A stretch of DNA of 64,000 bases from assembly GCA_020633625.1 (NCBI GenBank), contig JACKDJ010000008.1, positions 55,881 through 119,880 on the forward strand, written 5' to 3'. Shown piece after piece: positions 25,950-35,428 of this stretch. The notes under the pieces were generated by a model. It did no database searches. It had not been told where the DNA came from and worked only from the letters and a program-made list of their open reading frames with translations. Source of the stretch: Myxococcales bacterium (lineage in GTDB: Bacteria > Myxococcota_A > Bradymonadia > REDH01). Each line of letters opens with the position of its first letter. Position 1 is the first letter of the stretch. The translations under genes and the position numbers were made by a program.

Positions 25950-26639
25950 CTAGGCGGGGCGCGACAGCTCCGCGCGCATCTCGCGGATCGCCGTCGCGTA
26001 GTCTGGCGTGTTGAAGATTGCGTTGCCGGCGACGAACACATTGGCGCCCGCATCGGCGACGCGGCGGATATTGTCGCCCCGCACGCCGCCGTCGACCTCG
26101 ATCGTGAGCGGCAGCCCTCGTCGGGTGGCCGTCTCGCGAAGCCGCTCGATCTTGCGCAGGCTGCTCTCGATGAAGCGCTGCCCCCCAAACCCGGGGTTCA
26201 CGCTCATCACGAGCACCATGTCGACGTCCTCGAGCACGTAGTCGATCGCCGACTCGTGTGTGGCCGGGTTCAGCGACACGCCGCAGCGCGCCCCGGCGCC
26301 GCGGATCTGCTGCAGCGTCCGGTGCAGGTGCGTCGTCGCCTCGGCGTGCACTGTCACGATGTCGGCCCCAGCCGCGACGAACGCCTCCACGTAACGCTCC
26401 GGCTCCACGATCATCAGGTGCACGTCGAGCGGTGCCTCGGTCGCCCGGTTCAGCGCCTCGGCCACCAGCGGCCCGATCGTGATGTTCGGCACGAAGCGCC
26501 CGTCCATCACGTCGACGTGGATCCAGTCGGCGCCCGCCGCGACGACCGCGGCGACCTCGTCGCCGAGCCGGGAGAAGTCGGCGCTCAAGACCGAGGGGGC
26601 GATCAGGTGCTGGCTCGGAGACGGCAGAGAGAGCGGCAT
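25950..26639 (-). CDS. rpe: Ribulose-phosphate 3-epimerase
   Basis: [17 protein letters not shown]...[17 protein letters not shown]...[11 protein letters not shown]. Confidence 0.95.
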   Translation of the reverse strand: MPLSLPSPSQHLIAPSVLSADFSRLGDEVAAVVAAGADWIHVDVMDGRFVPNITIGPLVAEALNRATEAPLDVHLMIVEPERYVEAFVAAGADIVTVHAEATTHLHRTLQQIRGAGARCGVSLNPATHESAIDYVLEDVDMVLVMSVNPGFGGQRFIESSLRKIERLRETATRRGLPLTIEVDGGVRGDNIRRVADAGANVFVAGNAIFNTPDYATAIREMRAELSRPA

Positions 26640-26643
26640 CGAG

Positions 26644-28002
26644 TCACTCCGTGCGGCGAAGTCGGGCGATGAAGAACCCGTCGGTCGCGGCTAGGTGCGG
26701 CCATAGCGTCAGCGCGCCGCGTCCGTCAACGTGCGCGTCCCACCCGACCCCCGGTTCGGCCGTCCCGGCGTCTGGCGACGCGACGGACCAGCCTTCCGTC
26801 CCGACGGCGTCCAGCACCCCCCAAGTCTCCTCCGGCGTCCACGTGCAGACCGTGTACACGAGCCAGCCACCCGGCCGAACCAGCGGCATGATGGACCGCA
26901 CGATTCGAGCCTGCACCGCTGCGAGCTCGCGCACGTCGTCCGCAGAGCGCCGCCAGCGCACCTCCGGGTGGCGCCCGAGCGTCCCCAGCGCGGTGCACGG
27001 CGCGTCGACGATCGCCGCGTCGAACGGAGCCGTGTCGCGAAGCTCGGCTGGCGCCGGCTCGTCGCCGACCCGCCAGACGCAAGGAACCGCGCGGGGCGTG
27101 TCCGCGAGCCCCGCCAGCTTCGCCTCGGCGACGTCGACGGCGACGAGCGTCGCGGAGGGGTAGCGATCCGCCAGAGCGCGGGTCTTGCCGCCGATGCCGG
27201 CGCAGACGTCCAGGAGCCGAGGCTCCGCTCCCAGCGACCGCGGCAACGCCAGCGCCACCGCCTGCGCCCCGGCGTCCTGGATCGCGACGAGCCCGTCGCG
27301 GTGCGCTCGCGACGCCGCAACGTCGCCGCGGCAGACGAGCGCGCCCGGCACCCACGCGTGCGGGGTGACCTCGACGCCGTCGGACGCGAGCGCCGAGCTC
27401 GCGTCGGTGGCGCTGCCGCCGCGGACCCGGACGACCACCGGCGTCGGCGCGTTCAGGGCGGCCATCGCCTGCGCCGCCCCGTCGTCGCCGAGCTGTGCGA
27501 GGAGACGCTCCGCGATCCAGTCCGGCAGGCCGTGCGCGACCCCAAACGCGGCGGCGGCTGTCGCGCGTGTCGGCGGGGCAAAGATCACGCCGGCGTCGCG
27601 CTCAACCCGCCGCAGAACGCCGTTGAGGGCGCCAGACTGGCGGCCGAGCCCGTCGCGTCGCGCCGCGTCGACGACGGCGTTCACGATGGGTCCAGCCGGC
27701 CCGGTCGCGCTCCGCGTCGCGGCCCAAACACCAAGCCGAAGATACGCGCGGAGCGCGGGGTCCGTCGAGACCAGCCCTCGGTCCAGAGCCCGGTCGAGCG
27801 CGAGGTCGACGGCGCGCAGGTCGGCGAGTGTTCCATACACGCTTCGTGTGACCGCAGCCCGATCGCGTCCGTCGAGCTCTGCGCGGCCGAGCTCTGCCTG
27901 CAACACACGCTGACTGTAGCCGCCGTCGTCGGTGATTCGCGCGAGACACCGCGCCGCGACCTGCCAGGCCGTGGGCGCGCCTTCGCCGCGTCCCCGGGTC
28001 AT
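26644..28002 (-). CDS. rsmB: 16S rRNA (cytosine967-C5)-methyltransferase
   Basis: NusB-like N-terminal domain plus SAM MTase ([31 protein letters not shown]). Position downstream of fmt. Confidence 0.9.
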   Translation of the reverse strand: MTRGRGEGAPTAWQVAARCLARITDDGGYSQRVLQAELGRAELDGRDRAAVTRSVYGTLADLRAVDLALDRALDRGLVSTDPALRAYLRLGVWAATRSATGPAGPIVNAVVDAARRDGLGRQSGALNGVLRRVERDAGVIFAPPTRATAAAAFGVAHGLPDWIAERLLAQLGDDGAAQAMAALNAPTPVVVRVRGGSATDASSALASDGVEVTPHAWVPGALVCRGDVAASRAHRDGLVAIQDAGAQAVALALPRSLGAEPRLLDVCAGIGGKTRALADRYPSATLVAVDVAEAKLAGLADTPRAVPCVWRVGDEPAPAELRDTAPFDAAIVDAPCTALGTLGRHPEVRWRRSADDVRELAAVQARIVRSIMPLVRPGGWLVYTVCTWTPEETWGVLDAVGTEGWSVASPDAGTAEPGVGWDAHVDGRGALTLWPHLAATDGFFIARLRRTE

Positions 28003-28604
28003 CGCGTCTCCGCGTGGGGCGCGATCGCCGAGATTGTCATGGCGGCAGGCAGCGCGTGTGCCGCAAACGATGCCACGATCGCGGCGCCGACCTCGTCGGC
28101 GTGGGGGCCCAGGCTCAACGCCGCGACCGTCGGGCCGCCGTTCGCCAAACCAAACAAAAGCGCGCCCGCGCCCCTCGCCGCCGTCGCGGCCGGAAAGAAC
28201 CCGGGCAGGCGCGGGCCGATCGCGGGACCGACCACCGCGTCGCCGTCACACCCGTGCAGCGCGCCCGCGTCGTGCGCCTGGAACGCGAGCGGAAGCGCCG
28301 ACGAGAGCATCGCCTGGCGCACGTGCTTCATCACCGGGATCGTCCGGGGCAGCGCGTGCTTCGCGGCGTGGGCGTCCCACGCTAGCTCCGGGGTAACGAC
28401 CACCACGCGAAGCTCGGGCCAGTCTCGCAGGGGCACTACCACCGGCGGATGATGCGAGGTCGCCCACCAAGCGCCGCCGCGGACCGCCGCGACGTAGTGA
28501 GGCCCGGCGTGCGCGGGTACGGTAGCGTGGGGCACCGGTTCGACGAGGCCAATCGCGAGCGCGCCGTAGCCGACGCCGATGTCGCCGACGACGCTGAGCG
28601 TCAC
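27999..28604 (-). CDS. Hypothetical protein inserted between fmt and rsmB
   Basis: GTG at 28604 overlaps the fmt stop (GTGA). Its stop overlaps the rsmB start (ATGA). Ala/Gly/Val-rich, no motif recognised. Confidence 0.5.
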   Translation of the reverse strand: MTLSVVGDIGVGYGALAIGLVEPVPHATVPAHAGPHYVAAVRGGAWWATSHHPPVVVPLRDWPELRVVVVTPELAWDAHAAKHALPRTIPVMKHVRQAMLSSALPLAFQAHDAGALHGCDGDAVVGPAIGPRLPGFFPAATAARGAGALLFGLANGGPTVAALSLGPHADEVGAAIVASFAAHALPAAMTISAIAPHAETR

Positions 28605-29566
28605 GGGCCGCTCGTGACCGGCGCCCCGGCGGGGAGCGAGACCCCGCGCAGGCACTCCGTCGCCGCCATCTTCCGCTTGCCAGGGCGCTTGAGCTCGATC
28701 ACCTCGATCACGCCGTCACCGCACGCGATGTGCAGTCCCGCGCCGGCGTCGGCGGCGACGATGGTCCCCGCGGCGGCCCCGTCGCCTGGTAGCGCGCTGA
28801 CGCGGGCACGGAGCAGCGTCATCGGCTCGTCCCCACAGCAGATCATCACGCCGGGCCAAGGGCTCATCCCGTTGATGACGGACGCAACCGCGGCCGCTGG
28901 CGCCTCGAAGTCCACGCGACGGTCGCCGGCGCCGAGCATCTTCGCGTAGGTGGTCCGCGTCTTCGGCTGCGGAGCTGGGACCACCGTGGTGTCGGCCACG
29001 GAGTCGAGGGTCTCGACCAGCAGCTTCGCACCGACGATGGCGAGGCGATCGTGGAGCTCGCCGGCGGTCTCCTCATCGCCGATCATCAGGGCGCCCATCG
29101 CATACACCGGACCGGTGTCGAGTCCGCGCTCCATGCGCATGATCGAGACGCCGGTCGTCGCGTCGCCCGCCGCGATCGCCCGATGAATCGGCGCTGCGCC
29201 GCGCCAACGCGGCAGCAGTGACGCGTGGACGTTCACGCACCCCATTCGGGGCAGGTCGAGCACCGCTTGCCGAAGGATCTGCCCGTACGCGGCGACGACG
29301 AACAGGTCGAAGCCGGCGCGCAGCGGCTCCCACGTCGCCTCGTCGCGCAGTGACTCCGGCTGGTACACGGGCAGCCCGAGCTCCGTGGCGGCGACCTTGA
29401 CCGGGGGCGCCGTCAGCGCGTGCCCACGACCCGACGGGCGGTCCGGTTGCGTGACGACCAGCGCGACGTCACAGCGGCCGTCGGCCGCGAGCGCCTGAAG
29501 CGACGGCACCGCGAAGTCCGGCGTGCCCATGAAGACGAGCCGGAGGCGGCGTCCCTCAGTCATCAA
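28601..29566 (-). CDS. fmt: Methionyl-tRNA formyltransferase
   Basis: LRLVFMGTPDFAVPSL, NVHASLLPRWRGAAPI. Follows def. Confidence 0.95.
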   Translation of the reverse strand: MMTEGRRLRLVFMGTPDFAVPSLQALAADGRCDVALVVTQPDRPSGRGHALTAPPVKVAATELGLPVYQPESLRDEATWEPLRAGFDLFVVAAYGQILRQAVLDLPRMGCVNVHASLLPRWRGAAPIHRAIAAGDATTGVSIMRMERGLDTGPVYAMGALMIGDEETAGELHDRLAIVGAKLLVETLDSVADTTVVPAPQPKTRTTYAKMLGAGDRRVDFEAPAAAVASVINGMSPWPGVMICCGDEPMTLLRARVSALPGDGAAAGTIVAADAGAGLHIACGDGVIEVIELKRPGKRKMAATECLRGVSLPAGAPVTSGP

Positions 29567-30083
29567 TGCCGTCGGCGCGGCGCCGCGCCATGATCTTCGT
29601 GAACCGGTCCAGCGCCCGGCGACGAGCGAGCGGGCCGATCCGATCGATGAACAGCACGCCGTCGAGGTGGTCGATCTCGTGCTGAAGCGCGACCGCCAGC
29701 AGGCCGTCGGCCTCGATCTCGTGCGCGGCGCCAGTGCGGTCCTGGTACGCGACCCGCACGTGCCCCGGGCGCGTCACGCGCTCGTACAGCTCGGGGAACG
29801 ACAGGCACCCCTCCTCCCAGACAATCTTCCCGTCGCCGTGGACTACCTGCGGGTTCACGAGCTCGAGCAGCGCAGCCGGCTCGTCCTGGCCGGCGCAGTC
29901 GATGACGCAGACGCGCTTCAGCTCCGCGACCTGATTCGCCGCCAAGCCCACCCCTTCTGCCGCGTACATCGTCTCGGCCAGGTCATCGATGAACGTAGCG
30001 AGCGCCGCGTCGAACGCCACGACCGGCGCGGCAGGCGTCGTCAGGGCGGCGTGTGGGTACTTGACGATGTGGAGCAGGCTCAT
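29556..30083 (-). CDS. def: Peptide deformylase
   Basis: ATG at 30083 preceded by GGAGGAACCC. Motifs GVGLAANQ, EGCLSFP, HEIDHL. Confidence 0.95.
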   Translation of the reverse strand: MSLLHIVKYPHAALTTPAAPVVAFDAALATFIDDLAETMYAAEGVGLAANQVAELKRVCVIDCAGQDEPAALLELVNPQVVHGDGKIVWEEGCLSFPELYERVTRPGHVRVAYQDRTGAAHEIEADGLLAVALQHEIDHLDGVLFIDRIGPLARRRALDRFTKIMARRRADGIDD

Positions 30084-30128
30084 GGGTTCCTCCAGACGCA
30101 CGCCCTATAGGCGATGCCCCCGCCGGTG

Positions 30129-30785
30129 TCACCCGGTGTGCCCCGATCCGAGCCGCCCCTCGGAGCGCGCGGCGAGGACGTCGCGCGCGTCGACGATCGC
30201 CGCGCGCAGCTCGACGAGCTCCGCGTGGACGAGATCGGCGACGGCGCCTGGCACCCGCCCGGGCGCGAGCCGATCGAGCAGCGCGTCGGCGGCCGCATGG
30301 ATCGATCCTGTCGACCCACCCTCGCGTACTCCGAGCAGCGCCGCGTACGGCTCGAAGCGGGCGATCCGCAGGCGCTGGACGACCTCGGCGTGTGTGACTG
30401 GCCCTTCGAGATTGGCCAGCGCACCGCCATTGCCTGGCCCAATCACGGGCGGGCGGCGGGCGCCCGGCAACGCCGCATCGACAATCGCTACGTACGCGTG
30501 CGGGTCCGCGACCACAGTGACCGAGGTCTCCAGCTCTCGGACCAGCGGGCCGGCCACGACGACGGCCAGCGACGGCGCGCGCCGCCGAGCCGAGGCCGCT
30601 CCCAGAGCCACCTCGTCTTCGCCACACCGCACGTCGAGCACGAGCCCGTGGGCGGGGCTCGTTCGGAGCCAGCCGAGCGCGTCGACCACGTCGTCAACGT
30701 GTCGGGCGTCGGCGCCTCGCTCCCGCAGCAGCGCGAGGAGCGGGGCCGCCCAGGCCGTGTCGGGGGTCGCGACGAAGACGATCAT
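30129..30785 (-). CDS. Hypothetical protein with a receiver-like N-terminal domain
   Basis: MIVFVATPD...LVLDV... resembles a CheY-like fold. The C-terminal part (FEPYAALLGV...) is loosely J-domain-like. Weak assignment. Confidence 0.5.
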   Translation of the reverse strand: MIVFVATPDTAWAAPLLALLRERGADARHVDDVVDALGWLRTSPAHGLVLDVRCGEDEVALGAASARRRAPSLAVVVAGPLVRELETSVTVVADPHAYVAIVDAALPGARRPPVIGPGNGGALANLEGPVTHAEVVQRLRIARFEPYAALLGVREGGSTGSIHAAADALLDRLAPGRVPGAVADLVHAELVELRAAIVDARDVLAARSEGRLGSGHTG

Positions 30786-30994
30786 GCGGCGATCAACACC
30801 GGATGGCGCGACGGCGCAAGGCCGGCACGAGTTCGAGCGCGACGCGCAGCACACAACGGCGCGCTCGTGCGCGACGACTCGGTTCCCTCGCAACCTTGCG
30901 CAGGCGCCACCAGTCGGCGAAGACCGATCGGCGGGGTCGCTCGTTCTTCCACGAGCACGTCGCCTGTGCGCACGCCCTCACGCCGGTCGGAGCC

Positions 30995-33900
30995 ATGAAC
31001 GCCCTAGCCCACCTCGGTCGCCCGCTCGCCTGCGTGATCCCGCGCGTCCTCGTCGCCGCGATGCTCGTGGCCGCGTTCGCCGCTCCGACGGCGGGGGCCG
31101 CGGCGCAGCCAGATGTCACCCTCGTGACTCCGTCTGGAGACGCGGCCGTCCCCGATGCCTTGCGCCCCTGGATCCCATGGGCGCTGCGCGACGTCGCCGA
31201 CGCGCGCTGCCCGCATGTAGACGGCGAGACCGCGTGCCTGTGGCCCGGTGAGGTCTCCATCGCCGTCGACGGTCAGGTGGGCTCGTTCGCGATCGAGCTC
31301 GAAGCCGCCGCGGACCTATACCTCCCGCTCCCGGGCGACGCGCGCTCGTGGCCGGTCGACGTCGAGGTCGACGGCGTCGCCGCGCTGATGTCGCCGGCCG
31401 CGGGCACGCCGCGGGTCCGCGTCGCGCGCGGCGCGCACCGCGTCACCGGTCGCTTCGCGTGGCAGCGCGTGCCGGAGGCGCTCCCGCTCCCCGGCGCCTA
31501 CGCGCTGGTCGCGCTGCGGCTCGACGGGACGCGGATCGAGCACGTGCGGCGCGAGCCGAGCGGCGCGATCTGGCTCAACGCGGCGCCGACCGACGAAGAT
31601 GAGAACGACAGCCTCGCGGTCGACGTCTGGAGGCGCTTTCTCGATGGGGTCCCGATGGGCGTCGTCACCCGCGTTCGCCTGCGCGTTGGCGGGAACCCAC
31701 GCGAGGTCGATCTCGGCGTTCCGCTCCCGGCGCCGTTCGAGGTCTGGCGCCTCGACTCGCCGCTCCCGGCGCGGCTCGACGAGGAAGGGCACCTGCGCGT
31801 GCAGCTCCGCGCGGGGGAGTGGGTGGTCGAGGTCTCTGGCGCGGCGCTCGAGAACGTCGCAGCGATCACCGCGACGCTTCCCCCCGAGCCCTGGCCGCGC
31901 GGCGAGACCTGGTCTTTCGTCGCCAACGACGGGCTCCGCTCCGTCCGCCTCACCGGCGCCTCGCCCGTGGACCCCGCACGCACCTCCCTCCCCGGGGAGT
32001 GGCGCGACGCGCCCGCGTTCGCGCTGAGCGACGGCGACGCGCTCGCGGTCACGGAGCTCCGGCGTGGCGAACCCTCGCCGCCTCCGCCGGCGCTGTCGCT
32101 CTCGCGAATGATGTGGCTCGACCGCGATGGGCGCTCGCTCATCGTCCAGGACAACCTGAGCGGATCGGCCTACGAGGGCGGCCGCATCAACGTTGCGGCC
32201 CCCGCCGACGTCGGCCGCATCGCCCTGGGGGGATCGGGCCAGGTCGTGACCACGTTCGACGAGGCGACGGGTGTCGAGCTTCGCAGCGGCCTCGTGTCGC
32301 TGTCGGCCGACCTGCGCTACGACGACGCCAGCGGGCAGGTACCGGCGGTCGGTTGGGACCAGGACGTCCAGTCGCTGAGCGTCACCCTCCAGCTTCCGCC
32401 CGGATGGCGTCTCCTCGCCGCGACCGGGCCAGACGAGGCGGCCGGCGCGTGGATCGACCGGTGGTCCCTCTACGACCTGTTCGTCCTCCTCGTCACCGTG
32501 GTCGTCGCCGCCCGCATGTTTGGTCCGCTCGCGGCCGTGGCCCTGCTTCTCGTCGTCGGGACCGCCTGGCATGAGCCCAGCGCCGTCCGAGGGCTGTGGC
32601 TGGGGGCGCTCGTCGCCACCGCGATCGCCCGCGCCGCGCCCGCCGGCCGGCTGCAGCGGTTCGCACGGCTCGCCCGCGTCCTCACCGCCGTCGCGCTCGC
32701 GCTCGCCGCCGCGACGTTTGCGTGGGTCGAGCTGCGCACAGGCCTCTTCCCGAGCCTCGAGGCCGGCGACCCCCGCTGGGGCGTCTCCGACGACTTGTCG
32801 AACCTCGCTACCAACGCAGCGCGCGACTCGGCAGACTACTACATGTACGAGCAGGCAGCGATGGCGCCGCCACCCGAGGCCACCCGGGCGTTCGAGGAGC
32901 TCGACGGGATCGCTGACCGCGGCGGATATGGCGGCGAAGTCGACCGTCGGAGCCTCACGAACGCAATCGCCGGGAGCTGGGACACGCGGAACGTCCCCAC
33001 CCCCGGCCGCACGCAGACCGCGCAGATCGACCCGAACGCCGTCGTTCAGACCGGGCAGGGCATCCCAAGCTGGAGCTGGAGGATCTACACGCTGAGCTGG
33101 GCCGGGCCGGTGACGAGCGGCGAGACGTTCCACCTGTGGCTCCTCCCGCCCGCGCTCGACCTACCGCTCTCGCTGTTTCGCTCGCTGGGCGCGCTCGCGC
33201 TCGCGCTGCTCTTCCTCGGCGGCTCGGGCGCCGTGAAGGACGCGCTGCGGCGCGTCCGCTCGGTGGGGACAGCCGCGGGTGCGGGGCTGCTGTTCGCCGC
33301 TGTGCTCGGCGCCGCGCCGCCTGACGTGTCCGCCTCCGAGCTGCCCACACCCGAGCAGCTCAACGAGCTTCGCGCCATGCTCCTGCGCCCTCCGCAGTGC
33401 GCGCCCGCGTGTGCCGAGACGCCGGCGATGGCGATCGCGGCGTCTCCACAGGGGCTGCGAGTCGACGCCGAGGTGCACGTCGAGGCGTCGACGGGGTGGC
33501 GGCTCCCGGGCCCCGACTCCGCGTGGATGCCGACCGAGGTCACCGTCGACGGGGCTCCGACGACCGCGCTGTTCCGCGACGCGTCCGGCTACCTCCTCGT
33601 TCGGCTCGAGCCCGGGCGGCACCGCGTCGCCGCGACGGGCCCGGCTGCGGCCTCGGTCGCCCTTCAGTTTGCGCCGCCCCCACGGACTCTGACCTGGTCG
33701 CTCGACGGCTGGACGCTCGACGGTTATCAGGCCAGCGAGCCGCCCCCGCCGTCCGTGATCCTCCGGAGAGTTCGTGCGGCCGCCGCGACCGACGACGCCC
33801 CGGAGATCGGCGGGCCGTCCGGCGTCGCCCCGATGTTTGCCGTGACCCGCACGCTCGATCTCGGGGTCCCGTGGATGACGCACACGAGCATCGCGCGCAT

Positions 33901-35428
33901 CGGCAAGCTCGACGAGACCGCCGTCGTGCGCGTCCCACTCCTGGCCGGTGAGCGCGTCACCACACCAAACACCAGCGTAGACGCGGGCTCCGTCGTGGCG
34001 AGCTTCGCGCCGGGCGTCGGGGTGATCGAGTGGGACGCCACGCTCGCCGAGTCGGAGTCCGTCTCGCTGACCGCGACGCAAGACGCCCCGTTCACCGAGA
34101 CCTGGTCGCTGCTCTGCTCGCCCGTCTGGCACTGCAGCGCAGCCGGGCTCGTTCCAACGGTGAACATCGTCGCCGGATCGTGGGCGCCCGTGTGGAACCC
34201 CTGGCCCGGCGAGACCGTCGACATCGCGCTCGCTCGGCCGACCCCGATCGACGGTGCGAGCCTCGCCATCGACAGCGCCGAGCTCACCGTCACACCCGGG
34301 CGTCGAGTTCGCACCGCCACGCTCGACCTCAGCATCCGCGCCAGCCGCGGCGGCGAGCAGCAGATCCGCCTCGACTCAGCCGCAGAGGTGCGGTCGTTCT
34401 CGATCGACGGCGCGGCGCGGCCGTTCGAGCTCGTCGACGGTGTGCTGGCCTACTCGCTCGAGCCAGGCACGCGCGCGGTGCAGGTGAGCTGGCAAGAAGA
34501 CGTAGAGGCCTCCGCGGCGCCGACGCTCCCCCGCGTCGAGGTCGGCGCCCCCGTCGCCAACGTACGGATCTCCGTGCAGGTGCCCCCAGAGCGGTGGGTC
34601 GTCTGGACGGCAGGGGGGACCTGGGGACCCGTGGTGCAGTTCTGGGAGTTCGCGTTGCTGCTCCTCGTCTTCGCCGTAGTCCTCTCGCGCACCGTGCCCG
34701 CGCCGCTCGGGGTCGTGAGCTGGTTCCTGCTCGGGCTGGGTCTGACGCAGGTAGGGGAGGGCGCGGCGCTGGCGCTGCTCGCTTGGTTCGCGCTGCTCGC
34801 CTCTCGGCCAGCGTGGAGGGTGCGCCTCAGACCGCTTGCACACAACGCAGTGCAGGTGTTCGCCGTCGTGCTCACGCTGATCGCCGCGGTGTTCCTGCTG
34901 AAGGCCGTGGCCTCGGGCCTGGCGCTGCGCCCGCCCACGATGCACGTCGGCGGCGGGGGTTCGTCGGACTCGCTGCTCATCTGGACGGACTACTCAACTG
35001 GTGAGACCCTCCCGCAGCCGACGCTCGTGTGGCTGCCGATGTGGGCGTGGCGCGTGACCATGCTCGCGTGGTCCGCGTGGCTCGCGTTTGGCGTGGTGCG
35101 GTGGGCCCGTTGGGGCTGGGCGCGGTTCAACGACGGCGGCCTCTGGGCCCGCTGGAGCGCGCTGGAGTCCGTGCACTCCTCCGTCGACGCCGCCCGTTCG
35201 GCGCTCGCCTCCGTCAAGGAGCGAGCCGTTGCCAGGGCCGCAGCGACCCCCGCGAGCGACGCAGCCGACGGGTCCGGCGAAGCGGCGCCTGCGGCCGAAG
35301 TCGGCCCGCTCGAAGCGGCGCAGGGTCCCGCCGACGCAGGTGAGAGCCGCGGCGAACAGGACCACGCTCCAGGCGCCGAACCGGGGGCACCGGCCGTCGC
35401 GGCGCCGCGCTCGTCAGAGGAGCCGTAG
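30995..35428 (+). CDS. Very large (1477 aa) exported/membrane protein, hypothetical
   Basis: ATG at 30995 with a signal sequence (VLVAAMLVAAFAAPTAGAAAQ). Hydrophobic clusters mid-protein and near the C-terminus. Acidic/Ala-rich tail. No catalytic motif recognised. Confidence 0.75.
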   Translation: MNALAHLGRPLACVIPRVLVAAMLVAAFAAPTAGAAAQPDVTLVTPSGDAAVPDALRPWIPWALRDVADARCPHVDGETACLWPGEVSIAVDGQVGSFAIELEAAADLYLPLPGDARSWPVDVEVDGVAALMSPAAGTPRVRVARGAHRVTGRFAWQRVPEALPLPGAYALVALRLDGTRIEHVRREPSGAIWLNAAPTDEDENDSLAVDVWRRFLDGVPMGVVTRVRLRVGGNPREVDLGVPLPAPFEVWRLDSPLPARLDEEGHLRVQLRAGEWVVEVSGAALENVAAITATLPPEPWPRGETWSFVANDGLRSVRLTGASPVDPARTSLPGEWRDAPAFALSDGDALAVTELRRGEPSPPPPALSLSRMMWLDRDGRSLIVQDNLSGSAYEGGRINVAAPADVGRIALGGSGQVVTTFDEATGVELRSGLVSLSADLRYDDASGQVPAVGWDQDVQSLSVTLQLPPGWRLLAATGPDEAAGAWIDRWSLYDLFVLLVTVVVAARMFGPLAAVALLLVVGTAWHEPSAVRGLWLGALVATAIARAAPAGRLQRFARLARVLTAVALALAAATFAWVELRTGLFPSLEAGDPRWGVSDDLSNLATNAARDSADYYMYEQAAMAPPPEATRAFEELDGIADRGGYGGEVDRRSLTNAIAGSWDTRNVPTPGRTQTAQIDPNAVVQTGQGIPSWSWRIYTLSWAGPVTSGETFHLWLLPPALDLPLSLFRSLGALALALLFLGGSGAVKDALRRVRSVGTAAGAGLLFAAVLGAAPPDVSASELPTPEQLNELRAMLLRPPQCAPACAETPAMAIAASPQGLRVDAEVHVEASTGWRLPGPDSAWMPTEVTVDGAPTTALFRDASGYLLVRLEPGRHRVAATGPAAASVALQFAPPPRTLTWSLDGWTLDGYQASEPPPPSVILRRVRAAAATDDAPEIGGPSGVAPMFAVTRTLDLGVPWMTHTSIARIGKLDETAVVRVPLLAGERVTTPNTSVDAGSVVASFAPGVGVIEWDATLAESESVSLTATQDAPFTETWSLLCSPVWHCSAAGLVPTVNIVAGSWAPVWNPWPGETVDIALARPTPIDGASLAIDSAELTVTPGRRVRTATLDLSIRASRGGEQQIRLDSAAEVRSFSIDGAARPFELVDGVLAYSLEPGTRAVQVSWQEDVEASAAPTLPRVEVGAPVANVRISVQVPPERWVVWTAGGTWGPVVQFWEFALLLLVFAVVLSRTVPAPLGVVSWFLLGLGLTQVGEGAALALLAWFALLASRPAWRVRLRPLAHNAVQVFAVVLTLIAAVFLLKAVASGLALRPPTMHVGGGGSSDSLLIWTDYSTGETLPQPTLVWLPMWAWRVTMLAWSAWLAFGVVRWARWGWARFNDGGLWARWSALESVHSSVDAARSALASVKERAVARAAATPASDAADGSGEAAPAAEVGPLEAAQGPADAGESRGEQDHAPGAEPGAPAVAAPRSSEEP

